Source of the DNA: an uncultured Actinomycetes bacterium
GTDB taxonomy: Bacteria > Actinomycetota > Thermoleophilia > Gaiellales > Gaiellaceae
NCBI GenBank assembly: GCA_963805265.1
Contig: CAWDTJ010000004.1
Span: 195,355 to 259,354 of the forward strand
Length of the DNA: 64,000 nucleotides
Direction: 5' to 3'
Shown here: piece after piece, positions 10,906 to 19,377 of the stretch
How the letters are laid out: the number at the start of each line of letters is the position of its first letter
Position numbering within the stretch: position 1 is the stretch's first letter
Made by a program: the position numbers and the translations under genes
Notes under the pieces: model-generated
The model's input: the letters and a program-made list of their open reading frames with translations, nothing else
What the model was told of the DNA's origin: nothing
Database searches by the model: none

Positions 10906-11400
10906 CTACGAGCCGCAGGCCGGCGAGTTCGAGGCGATCCAGGCTGCCTGCTTACTGGTGCCGAGCGCGACGGTGGCGACCCTGCCGAATTCGATATCGA
11001 ACCAGAGCGTGCTCCCGAGTCGGTAGGCGAACTCGCCACCGCCGGCCAGAGTCACCTTCACCGCCGAGGGATAAGCCTTCTTCACCGCCGTCCCCTTGGA
11101 GCACGGGCCAACGCCCTCGGCTGTCTTGTAGGCCTTGCTCGTCGCGACGATGTAGCGGCCCGAGTTCGTGCCGGTCTTGAAGTAGACCTCGATCGCGCCC
11201 GCTTGGTACCTGAGCCGGGTCAGCCCTCCTTCGAGGTTCTCGACGGGCAGAGGCTTGCCGTAAGCAGCCTTGTATGCGCTCTTGCTCTGGCCGAGCTTTC
11301 CGTTGCCGATCGAATTCTGGCTGATCAGGTGCGAGCCGCCGGCTAGCGCTACCGAGGTAGCGGCGAGAGCGGCGATGGTTGTGGCTGTTATCAGGCGCAT
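10906..11400 (-). CDS. Secreted hypothetical protein
   Basis: 164-aa ORF with signal peptide MRLITATTIAALAATSVALA. No recognisable domain. Confidence 0.7.
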   Translation of the reverse strand: MRLITATTIAALAATSVALAGGSHLISQNSIGNGKLGQSKSAYKAAYGKPLPVENLEGGLTRLRYQAGAIEVYFKTGTNSGRYIVATSKAYKTAEGVGPCSKGTAVKKAYPSAVKVTLAGGGEFAYRLGSTLWFDIEFGRVATVALGTSKQAAWIASNSPACGS

Positions 11401-11532
11401 GACCTCACCTTCGTGGAATGTCGCGCCCGGCGGGCTTACGCGACCGCCGGTCTGAGTGGTTGCCAGGCTTATCCTCCGTAGCCGGGATATTCACAGTATT
11501 CGGCCGATCGGCGCGCTAGTACACTCGCTGGC

Positions 11533-12858
11533 GTGAACGGAGAGCTACTCGCAGAGCTGGCGGAGTGGATCGCGATTCCGAGCGTGAGCGCCGATCCGGC
11601 CCGCGCCGGCGACGTCGAGCGAGCCGGCGACTGGCTCGTCGCCAAGATTCTCGAGGCGGGCGGCGAGGCCGAGAGGATCGACTGGCAGGGTCAGCCGCTC
11701 GTAGTCGCCGAGATCGCCGCCTCCGGCGGCCGCGAGGCGCCGACGGTGCTCTGCTACGGGCACTTCGACGTCCAGGCGGTCGATCCGCTCGAGCTGTGGG
11801 AGTCGGAGCCGTTCGCACTCGTCGAGCGGGAGGGCTGGCTCTACGGGCGCGGCACCGCCGACGACAAGGGGCAGCTCTTCATGCTGCTCGAGGCGGCTCG
11901 CTCGCTCGCCCGCGAGAACGCTCTGCCGGTGAACGTCCGTTTCGTCTGCGACGGCGAAGAGGAGGTGGGCGGCGGCTCGATCGCCGAGTTCCTGGCCGCC
12001 GACGAGCGCGGCGCCGACGCCTGCCTGATCTTCGACATGTCGATGATCGAGCGCGACGTTCCCGCCTTTACGATCGCGACCCGCGGCCTGGCCTACTTCC
12101 ACCTCGAGCTCACGAGCGGCGAGCGCGATCTGCACTCGGGCGTCTACGGCGGCGCCGCGCTGAACGCTCTGCACGCGCTCGGCCGGACGCTCGCGGCGGT
12201 GCTTCCGGTCGACGGGCGCCTGCCCGAGCCGCTGATGGTCGGGGTCGTGCCTCCGAGCGAAGAGGAGCTGGCCGCCGTCTCGGCTCTTCCGGGCGGCGCG
12301 CGAACGCTGGCCGACCAGGGCGCCCGGCCCGCCGACGAGAGCGCCGCGGCGGAGTTCTATCTGCGCACCTGCGCCCTGCCGGCGCTCGACGTCAACGGCA
12401 TCGAAGGCGGCTCGCCGCAGCTGCAGAAGACGGTGCTGCCGGTACGCGCCGCGGCCAACCTCTCGATCAGGCTCGCTCCGGGCCAGGATGCGGACGTCAT
12501 CGGCGCGGCGCTCGAACGGCTGCTGCGCGAAGCGGCGCCCGCCGGCGCCGAGCTGAGCGTCGAGCTTCTCTCCGCGAGCGCTCCCGGGCTGGTCGACCAG
12601 AGCGCCCCGCCGATCGAGCTCGCCCTGGCGGCCTTCGAGCGCTCCTTCGGCCGCCGGCCGCTACTCGTTCGCTCGGGCGGCACGATGCCGATCATGCCCG
12701 CACTGCAGGCGAAGGAAATCCCCGCCATCGTGACCGGCTTCGATCTTCCCGAAGGGAACATCCACTCGCCCAACGAGCGCCTCTGGGCCGGGTATGTCGA
12801 GCCCGGTATCGCGGCCGCCAAGGCAATCCTTGCGCGCGCTCGGCGAATCTCTAGCTAG
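11533..12858 (+). CDS. M20-family metallopeptidase/dipeptidase (ArgE/DapE/ACY1 type)
   Basis: Contains YGHFDVQ, GRGTADDKGQ and GEEEVGG motifs. The overlapping 429-aa Arg-rich ORF (11565..12854) is an off-frame shadow. Confidence 0.85.
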   Translation: MNGELLAELAEWIAIPSVSADPARAGDVERAGDWLVAKILEAGGEAERIDWQGQPLVVAEIAASGGREAPTVLCYGHFDVQAVDPLELWESEPFALVEREGWLYGRGTADDKGQLFMLLEAARSLARENALPVNVRFVCDGEEEVGGGSIAEFLAADERGADACLIFDMSMIERDVPAFTIATRGLAYFHLELTSGERDLHSGVYGGAALNALHALGRTLAAVLPVDGRLPEPLMVGVVPPSEEELAAVSALPGGARTLADQGARPADESAAAEFYLRTCALPALDVNGIEGGSPQLQKTVLPVRAAANLSIRLAPGQDADVIGAALERLLREAAPAGAELSVELLSASAPGLVDQSAPPIELALAAFERSFGRRPLLVRSGGTMPIMPALQAKEIPAIVTGFDLPEGNIHSPNERLWAGYVEPGIAAAKAILARARRISS

Positions 12859-13217
12859 GCCGTGGCCTCGGCGGTTGCCTGCTGGTGCGTGCAGCCGAGC
12901 CAACTGTGCCCGAACATACTCATCTCGTGGATGATCGAGAGCAGCCCGCTTCCCTTCTCGGTCAGCGAATACTCGACCCGCGGCGGCGACTCCGGATAGC
13001 TCCTTCGCTCCAGCAAGCCCTCATGCTCGAGCGTGCGTAGCCGTTCGGACAGCGTGCGTGGACTGATCCCCGGGCAGGCGCGCTCGAGCTCGCAGAAACG
13101 TCGGGCGCCTTCGGAGAGGTCATGGACGATCAGCGCCGTCCACTTGGCGCCGATGATCTCGGCGGTCGCGGCTACACCGCAGCAATCGGTGGCATGAACG
13201 TCGGAGAGAGTCCGCAT
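12855..13217 (-). CDS. HxlR-family transcriptional regulator
   Basis: Contains C..A..IIGAKWTALIV..L....RRF.EL......ISPRTLSERLRTLEHEGLLERR...PPRVEYSLTEKG. Confidence 0.85.
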   Translation of the reverse strand: MRTLSDVHATDCCGVAATAEIIGAKWTALIVHDLSEGARRFCELERACPGISPRTLSERLRTLEHEGLLERRSYPESPPRVEYSLTEKGSGLLSIIHEMSMFGHSWLGCTHQQATAEATA

Positions 13218-13462
13218 GCAGGGGATTCTACACTAAAACTATCTCTTTTATAGTGGGGCCTGGTTGCGTCGATCGGATCGTCTATTCCGTTTGAGCAGCA
13301 CTACGAGGGGCGTGATCAGCGATTGCGGTGCAGGCGTCGATTCTTCTCGTGAGGCAAACCGTCAGCGCTCGATATCCGTGCCCGCCATCCCTCGTTCGAG
13401 GGATGGCTACTCTCGAGCTCGACGGCTTGACGCTCACGTCGCGTAGGCGTGAGACTCCCGCC

Positions 13463-13831
13463 ATGATCGATCACGTAAGCATCGGAGTCACGGACGTTGA
13501 CTCGGCGAAGAGGTTCTACGTGGCGGCGCTGAAGCCGCTCGGCTATACGCTCGGATTGGAGGGCGAGTGGGGGGCGGGCTTCAAGAACGCCCAGGGCGCT
13601 CCCGACTTCTGGATCCGTCAGGAAAAGACGATCACTCCCGTGCACGTCGCCTTCCAGGCCGAAGACCGCGCGCCGGTGAGCGCGTTCTACGAGGCGGCTA
13701 TCGCCGCAGGCGGCAAGGACAACGGGCCGCCCGGACTACGCCTGCACTACCACGAGAACTATTTCGCAGCTTTCGTCCTGGACGCCGACGGCCACAACAT
13801 CGAAGTCGTCTGCCACAAGCCCGCGGGCTGA
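13463..13831 (+). CDS. VOC/glyoxalase-family protein
   Basis: Starts MIDHVSIGVTDVDSAKRFY and ends ...DGHNIEVVCH. It is divergent from the hxlR-like gene, a common regulator-target arrangement. Confidence 0.8.
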   Translation: MIDHVSIGVTDVDSAKRFYVAALKPLGYTLGLEGEWGAGFKNAQGAPDFWIRQEKTITPVHVAFQAEDRAPVSAFYEAAIAAGGKDNGPPGLRLHYHENYFAAFVLDADGHNIEVVCHKPAG

Positions 13832-14437
13832 CTCGGCACCAACTCGATAGCCCGGCGAGAGCCCCGCGCGGCGAGGCTCCGATCGCACCTGCGCGCTGCT
13901 GAACTCGCCGGAAGGACGTTTGCCACTCGGGGCGAAAAGTCTCAACCGCGAGGAGAGTGGCGAGCTGCGGCGAGCCCTCACCGCGCTCCGACAAGACAGA
14001 GATCAGGGGAGGTCGAGAGTTGCGAGAAGCCCGTAGACAGACTGCGGACAGATGGGGACTGCGATGGCAGTCGAGAACGCGACCGGCGGTTCGACGATGA
14101 GCGCCATGCTCGGCTCTTCGCGCCGAAACTCCCAACCGCGTCCTCGCTTCGAAGGCGATCAGATAGTGCTCGTCGAGCGGCCGACCGGGACCTTCAGGTT
14201 CTGGGCGGCGCGCTTGATTGCGCGGCTCGAGACGGTTTTCGGCCCAGCCAAGTTGCGCCCCTAGTCTCGCGCGACGGTTGCGGGCGGGCCCGGCATGACG
14301 TGACGCCGGCGAGCGCGTCCGAGTACCGACGCTGAATCGACACGATTCCGTTTTGTTTTTCCGTTACCGTTTCACGACCCCGCGGGTGGGTGGATTCGGC
14401 GGGGGGCGGTGTACCGCGGCGCCCGCTCGAGCGACTC

Positions 14438-15349
14438 CTACGGCCGCAGCGTCGAGGTGTCCACGACTTCGAAGTCCGCGCCGGTGACGCCGCCGATCGA
14501 GTGCAGGGCGTCGTCGTTCCAGCGTCGGTCGGGCGCGCCCGAGATGTACCAGTTCGCGCCGTTGTCGGCGACGATCATCCCGTAGCGCTTGAGCGCCGTC
14601 AGGATGACGCGCACCTGGCGTGGGTAGCCGCTCGTGTCGAAGCCGGCGCGCAGCCGAACTCGCAGGCCCATCGGCGGCAGGTTGGCATCGGTCTGGTCGC
14701 TGGCGACGTGACGCGCGGGATAGATGTAGGCGCGGCGCGTGTTCTCGACCGTGAAGCGCAGGGCGTGGTCGATCCGGCCGCGGGCGACCTCGTCGTAGCG
14801 GACCAGCCCCGGCAGCATCGGCAGCCCGGCCGCGTCGGCCGAGGTCCAGCCCGCCGGGCGCAGCTTGTTCGAGCGCAGGTTCCAGATCGCGCCCGAGCCG
14901 GCGTGCCAACCCTTGTTCGTCTTCGCCAGCGCATAGAGCTCGTACAGCCGGCAGCTGTCTCGCTCGACGATCAGCGCGTGATGGTCGCTACCGGCTTCGA
15001 TCTTCACGTTAGCCGGGATCGGATAGGGGCCTCTGTCGCTTTCGCCGGCGTAGTCGAAGCTGACCCGGTAGCGCTTCGTGTTCTTGTCCGCGATCGTGTA
15101 GGGGATTCCGTTCGGTCGGCCCTGCCAGACGGTTCCGAAGTCGGGATGCAGGCCGACCTCGAGCCCGATCGAGCTGATGATCGCCTGCGAGTCGGCAGCC
15201 AGCGGTAGTTTGTCGACGCGCTTGTTCCAGACGTTCGAGGTCGGGAAGAGCGGGCACTTCGACGCGCCGGGCAGGCGCGGACTGGTTGCGGCGCCTGCGC
15301 TCACGGCAAGCGTCAGCAAGACGATCAGGCCGACTCGTATCCCCCTCAT
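14438..15349 (-). CDS. Conserved secreted protein of unknown function
   Basis: 303-aa ORF with signal peptide MRGIRVGLIVLLTLAVSAGA and good codon bias. The overlapping frames are Arg-rich shadows. Confidence 0.75.
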   Translation of the reverse strand: MRGIRVGLIVLLTLAVSAGAATSPRLPGASKCPLFPTSNVWNKRVDKLPLAADSQAIISSIGLEVGLHPDFGTVWQGRPNGIPYTIADKNTKRYRVSFDYAGESDRGPYPIPANVKIEAGSDHHALIVERDSCRLYELYALAKTNKGWHAGSGAIWNLRSNKLRPAGWTSADAAGLPMLPGLVRYDEVARGRIDHALRFTVENTRRAYIYPARHVASDQTDANLPPMGLRVRLRAGFDTSGYPRQVRVILTALKRYGMIVADNGANWYISGAPDRRWNDDALHSIGGVTGADFEVVDTSTLRP

Positions 15350-15450
15350 AACGGAGAGCCCTCCTCTCCCGTCCCCTCAACCAAAAGCTGGCACCTGAAA
15401 CGAGTTCTCACCTACTCTTACTACAAGTGACGGTAAAAGGGGGCCCCCAA

Positions 15451-15891
15451 ATGGCGCAAACGACAGTTCACGTGCGGTCGGTTCACGACGCCTCATTCGC
15501 GGTCGGGTGGGCCGGTAAGCACTCGCTGACGATCGATCGGCCCGAGCAGGAGGCGGGGTGCGGCTACGGCTTCACGGGCGGCGATCTCCTGCTGATGGCG
15601 ATCGGAGCGTGCTTCGTGAACGACTTGCAGCAGGAGGCCGAGCAGCGCGGTATCTCGCTTCTGGGCGCCCGCGCCGTTTGCGAATGCGATTGGGGCGGCG
15701 AGCCCGTGCGGGCTCAGAACATCAGGGTGAGCGTCCGGATCGAAGCCGAAGCCGACGAAGACGACATCCTCGAGCTTGCCGAAGCGGTCGACAAGAAGAG
15801 CCGCGTGCACAACACGCTTCGCCTGGGAGCCGAGGTTCCCGCGAGCGAGTGCGAGGTCGTCTCGGTCGAGGTCGAGGCCGAGAAGCCCTAA
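15451..15891 (+). CDS. OsmC/Ohr-family protein
   Basis: ATG at 15451 after AAAGGGGG. Has GGDLLLMAIGACFVNDL and a C-terminal ...VHNTL pattern typical of OsmC-like proteins. Confidence 0.7.
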   Translation: MAQTTVHVRSVHDASFAVGWAGKHSLTIDRPEQEAGCGYGFTGGDLLLMAIGACFVNDLQQEAEQRGISLLGARAVCECDWGGEPVRAQNIRVSVRIEAEADEDDILELAEAVDKKSRVHNTLRLGAEVPASECEVVSVEVEAEKP

Positions 15892-15900
15892 GAGCGCGCG

Positions 15901-16953
15901 TTACTCGGGAAGCTCGAGTTGCGGATAGCGGCCGCGGATATCGTCGATGAACGTCGCCAGCCGCTCGGCCAGCTCGGCGTCCTCGATCTCCAGCGTGTTC
16001 TCGGCGTTCCGCTCGCCCGAGCGCGAGAGATTGAAGCTGCCGAAGAACACAGCGTCGTCGGCCACCACGATCTTGGCGTGCATGTAGTCGTGCACGCTGT
16101 CGGGCGACCAGGGTGTGGAGTGCTTGCCGGTCCAGGGCGTGTGCGCGATGAGCGAGCGGAGCGCCTGCTCCTTCCAACCCATCTTCATCTTGATCCGCCA
16201 CTGGTGAATCACCTCGGCGATCTGCGTGGCGTCGAGCACGCCGGCGATATCGACCTTGCTGCGGCTGTTGTTACCGGCCAGCTCGGCCAGGGTGCCGAGG
16301 ATCGGGCCCGAGGTGAGCACCGGCGAGGCGATGCGGATGCGACGCTTCGCCTGCCCCAGTCGACGCGCGATCCTGTGTGCCAGCGCCTCGCCGTGCCCGG
16401 GCGCGAACCAGGGTCGCACGCTGTGCCCATCGATCTCGATCGGCCCCGAGTCGATGTGCCCGGAGCGCTCGACGTCGCGCTTCTGCCACAGCTCCTCGAA
16501 GTTCTGCCGGTAGCGGGCCGCGAGCTCTGAGGAGTCGATGATCGCGATCAGATTCTCTTCCCGTTCCCAGGCATCGTCCGTCCAGTTAGTCGAGCCCGTC
16601 AGCACAGCCGCGCCGTCTCGGACGATGTACTTGTGGTGCATCAGATCCGGGACGCCGGATATTCCGCGTGTCTGAACCGGAAGCGCCTCCACCAGCTCCG
16701 GCCGCAAGACGGGCGGACGCGGGACGGCGATCTCCTTGCCGAACTCGACGTTGTAAATGAGGCGCACCTTCACCTTGCGAGCCAGTAGCTCGGCCAACGC
16801 GGAGTGAATCGGTGCCGCGTGCTCGCTTGCCAGATGCACGTCGTAGAGCGCCAGCTCGAGCGAGCGGGTTGCCGGGGAAAGGAAGGACGCAATCTTCGCG
16901 GCGATGCTCTCGGCGTCCTGGCCGCCGTCACGCAGTTCGGTTATATCGATCAT
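15901..16953 (-). CDS. Phospholipase D-family protein with two HKD motifs; no signal peptide or TM
   Basis: The two motifs are HHKYIVRDGAAVLTGSTNWTDDAW and HAKIVVADDAVFFGSFNLSRSGERN. Confidence 0.85.
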   Translation of the reverse strand: MIDITELRDGGQDAESIAAKIASFLSPATRSLELALYDVHLASEHAAPIHSALAELLARKVKVRLIYNVEFGKEIAVPRPPVLRPELVEALPVQTRGISGVPDLMHHKYIVRDGAAVLTGSTNWTDDAWEREENLIAIIDSSELAARYRQNFEELWQKRDVERSGHIDSGPIEIDGHSVRPWFAPGHGEALAHRIARRLGQAKRRIRIASPVLTSGPILGTLAELAGNNSRSKVDIAGVLDATQIAEVIHQWRIKMKMGWKEQALRSLIAHTPWTGKHSTPWSPDSVHDYMHAKIVVADDAVFFGSFNLSRSGERNAENTLEIEDAELAERLATFIDDIRGRYPQLELPE

Positions 16954-16983
16954 CGCAAGATTCTTCGAGCCTGCTCGCGACGG

Positions 16984-17403
16984 CTAGATGGTGTTCGGAG
17001 TCGGCCGGTCGTTCCAGGCCTCACGGGCGATTTTCCACTCGCCGTCGGCCGAGCGGCGCAAGATGTGCAGGCCCTTTCCGTGCGAGACCTGCAGCTGGCC
17101 GCCGCGCTTCGGCTCCAGGCGCCAGCTGTAGCTGTAGCGATGAAAAGCCAGGTCGCCGACGGCCTCCGTCTCGTTGTGGTGGTACGCGAGCCACTCGACC
17201 CGCCACTCGTCGAGATACTCGCGCAGCCAGGCTCGCAGCTCCTCGCCGCCGAGTGAGGGAAGCCCGGGTGGAAGAAACCGAGCGTCTTCGCTGAGCAGCG
17301 GCAGATAACTATCGATGTCGTCCTCGGCGATCGCCTCGACCTCGGCGTCGATCGCGCTCTCTATTCGCTGCTTCTCCTGTTCCGCTTCGCGCTTCTCGGC
17401 CAC
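16984..17403 (-). CDS. SnoaL-like / NTF2-fold (DUF4440-like) protein
   Basis: 139 aa with ...DIDSYLPLLSEDARFLPPG... and a C-terminal ...DGEWKIAREAWN, typical of the fold family. Confidence 0.65.
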   Translation of the reverse strand: MAEKREAEQEKQRIESAIDAEVEAIAEDDIDSYLPLLSEDARFLPPGLPSLGGEELRAWLREYLDEWRVEWLAYHHNETEAVGDLAFHRYSYSWRLEPKRGGQLQVSHGKGLHILRRSADGEWKIAREAWNDRPTPNTI

Positions 17404-17741
17404 GGGACCTCCCGTTCGGTGGGGTGTGCTCTTTGCCCAGAGAGCGGGATTCTATGTCCTAACTGCTCGGAACGCGGTCGCGGTGGGGTGTTTCGCCGGG
17501 GCAAGGACAAGGAATCTCGATTCTTTCGCCGCCGCTTGAGACCGTTATGAGAGATCGAGATCACGCCCGTTCGCGCGAGGAGCTTGGAGCCTGCTCCGCC
17601 GACCCTGTGGACGGTGGACGCTCTCGCACCCGTTCCCGCAAAGAGCGAATGTTGTGGGTGACGAAGGCGAACTAGCTTTCCTCCACCCGCGCCGCGAGAA
17701 TTCGCCTAAAGGAAATGACTACCGCCACGGTCGTGTGATTG

Positions 17742-18281
17742 ATGATCGGAACATCGCCAGGACGCGGGGCCAGCCTCGAGGCGATCGAGAGCGTCTACCG
17801 AACGCGTCTTCGTGACCTCTTGCGCATGACGCAGGCGATCGTCGGAGACGCCGATCTCGCCCGCGACAGCGTCCACGAAGCGTTCGTCCGCGCCGTCCGG
17901 AATCGAAAGACGTTTCGTGCCCGCGGATCGCTCGACGGCTGGATCTGGCGAATCGCGCTCAACGAGGCGCGCGACCAGCTGCGACGGAGGCCGTCGCTGC
18001 CCCTCGACGAGGAACTCACGGTCGTCGAGGAGTGGGGTGGCGATCTCGACAGACGCCGCGTTCGCGCGGCTGTCGCGCTGCTTCCCGAGCGCGAGCGGTC
18101 GGTGTTGTTTTTGCGCTACTTCGGCGATCTCGACTACGAGAGCATTGGCCGCATTCTCGGAATCCGGCCGGGGACGGTTGCCGCCGCGCTGAACGCGGCG
18201 CACGCCTCGCTCAGAGATCGCCTCGGACCGATGATGGAGGAGGAGGAGGTTGACGATGAGCGACCGCTACACGCCTGCTGA
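17742..18281 (+). CDS. ECF-type sigma-70 family sigma factor
   Basis: Region 2 (DSVHEAFVRAV...GWIWRIALNEARD) and region 4 (LPERERSVLFLRYFGDLDYESIGRILGIRPGTV) are present. Confidence 0.85.
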   Translation: MIGTSPGRGASLEAIESVYRTRLRDLLRMTQAIVGDADLARDSVHEAFVRAVRNRKTFRARGSLDGWIWRIALNEARDQLRRRPSLPLDEELTVVEEWGGDLDRRRVRAAVALLPERERSVLFLRYFGDLDYESIGRILGIRPGTVAAALNAAHASLRDRLGPMMEEEEVDDERPLHAC

Positions 18282-19274
18282 GGCGCTCGACCTGCTTGTC
18301 GATAGCTTCGACAGGGAGCCGGACGGGTGGAGCGCGGTCGTCGCGGACGCTGCCGCGGAGCCGGCGCGGAGGCGCGGGGTTCGCGGAATGCCGAGTCTTC
18401 GGCGCGGAACGCGTATTCGCCTCGGGTTGCTCGTCGCGGGCGTTGCCGCCGTGGCGGCGCTCATCGTCACGTCGCCCTGGAAGACCACCGGCTCGGCGGG
18501 CATCAGCGATGCCCAGGCGGCGCAGATCCTCCGAAATGTGCAGGCCGCGACAGCAAAGGCCGCGACAGCGCCCGGGCCGGGATGGATCTATCACAGGCGA
18601 CTTCGCATTACCTATTTCTGGAATCCCAACCGCAAGAGCGATCGCCCTGTTTATCGGAGCATCACGGACGAAACGATGGGCACAAACGACATCCGCCCTA
18701 TCACAAGCGCAATCTAACCCGCTTCAGCTATGCGTACCCTTCGCGGACGCTCGAGTCGGGTTTAACCGGGAAGCCCTGCGCCGATGTACACCTTCGATCC
18801 GGCCACGAAGGCTCTCTATCGGGATGACGCTGAAACGTTTCCTGGGAAGACCTGCCCAAGGCCGTACTCGAGCGACGCGATGGCGAAAATGACCCGTAAA
18901 GAAATTGCTGCCGGGCAGCTGAAGGTAGTTGGCCTGACGCGATAAAGGGCGTGAGCGTTTACCGCCTCGAGACGATCCCCAAAGTGCAGGATGGGACTTC
19001 CGCGGTCATCTATGTCGACGCGAAGAGCTACCGGATAGTTCGCCAAGAGGTGACGGACGACTCGTTCGTTCCCGGGCATCCCAGGGGCCACACCAGGATC
19101 TTCGAGTTCTTAACCAACGAGTACCTGCGTCCGACCGCCGCGAACCTCGCCTTGGCCGATATCCGAGCGCAGCACCCAGATGCGCCTGTCTTGCCGTACT
19201 CGAAGATGCCGGCGGGCACGACGCTGAATATGGACGCCCTCGGCTCAACCGTCCTGCCGGCCAATTCCAAGTAG
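18256..19274 (+). pseudogene. Putative single-pass anti-sigma-like membrane protein with an extracytoplasmic domain, broken by about 3 frame changes
   Basis: AGGAGGAGG lies before the ATG at 18256, which overlaps the 3' end of the sigma gene. One TM is present (IRLGLLVAGVAAVAALIV). Protein-like segments continue in alternating frames (YAYPSRTLESGLTG, then MYTFDPATKALYRDDAETFPGK...GQLKVVG, then KGVSVYRLETIPKVQDG...), with breaks near 18700, 18775 and 18935. Confidence 0.45.
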
Positions 19275-19377
19275 GTTGCCTTCTCGTGCCTAGCTCTCCG
19301 GGCTCGTCCGGCTCGTCTGACCCGGGGCGCACGCCGTATACCACTCGCAATGACCTGACCCTCGCTACGCTGAGCCG

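Noticed and set aside
11565-12854. 429-aa ORF, and similar Arg-rich ORFs (e.g. 1134..2003, 19006..19734, 20647..21702, 21155..21841, 46901..47914, 58226..59119)
   Set aside because: These are off-frame or antisense shadows of well-supported genes. Extreme Arg/Pro/Ala content and absence of stops are expected at ~70% GC.
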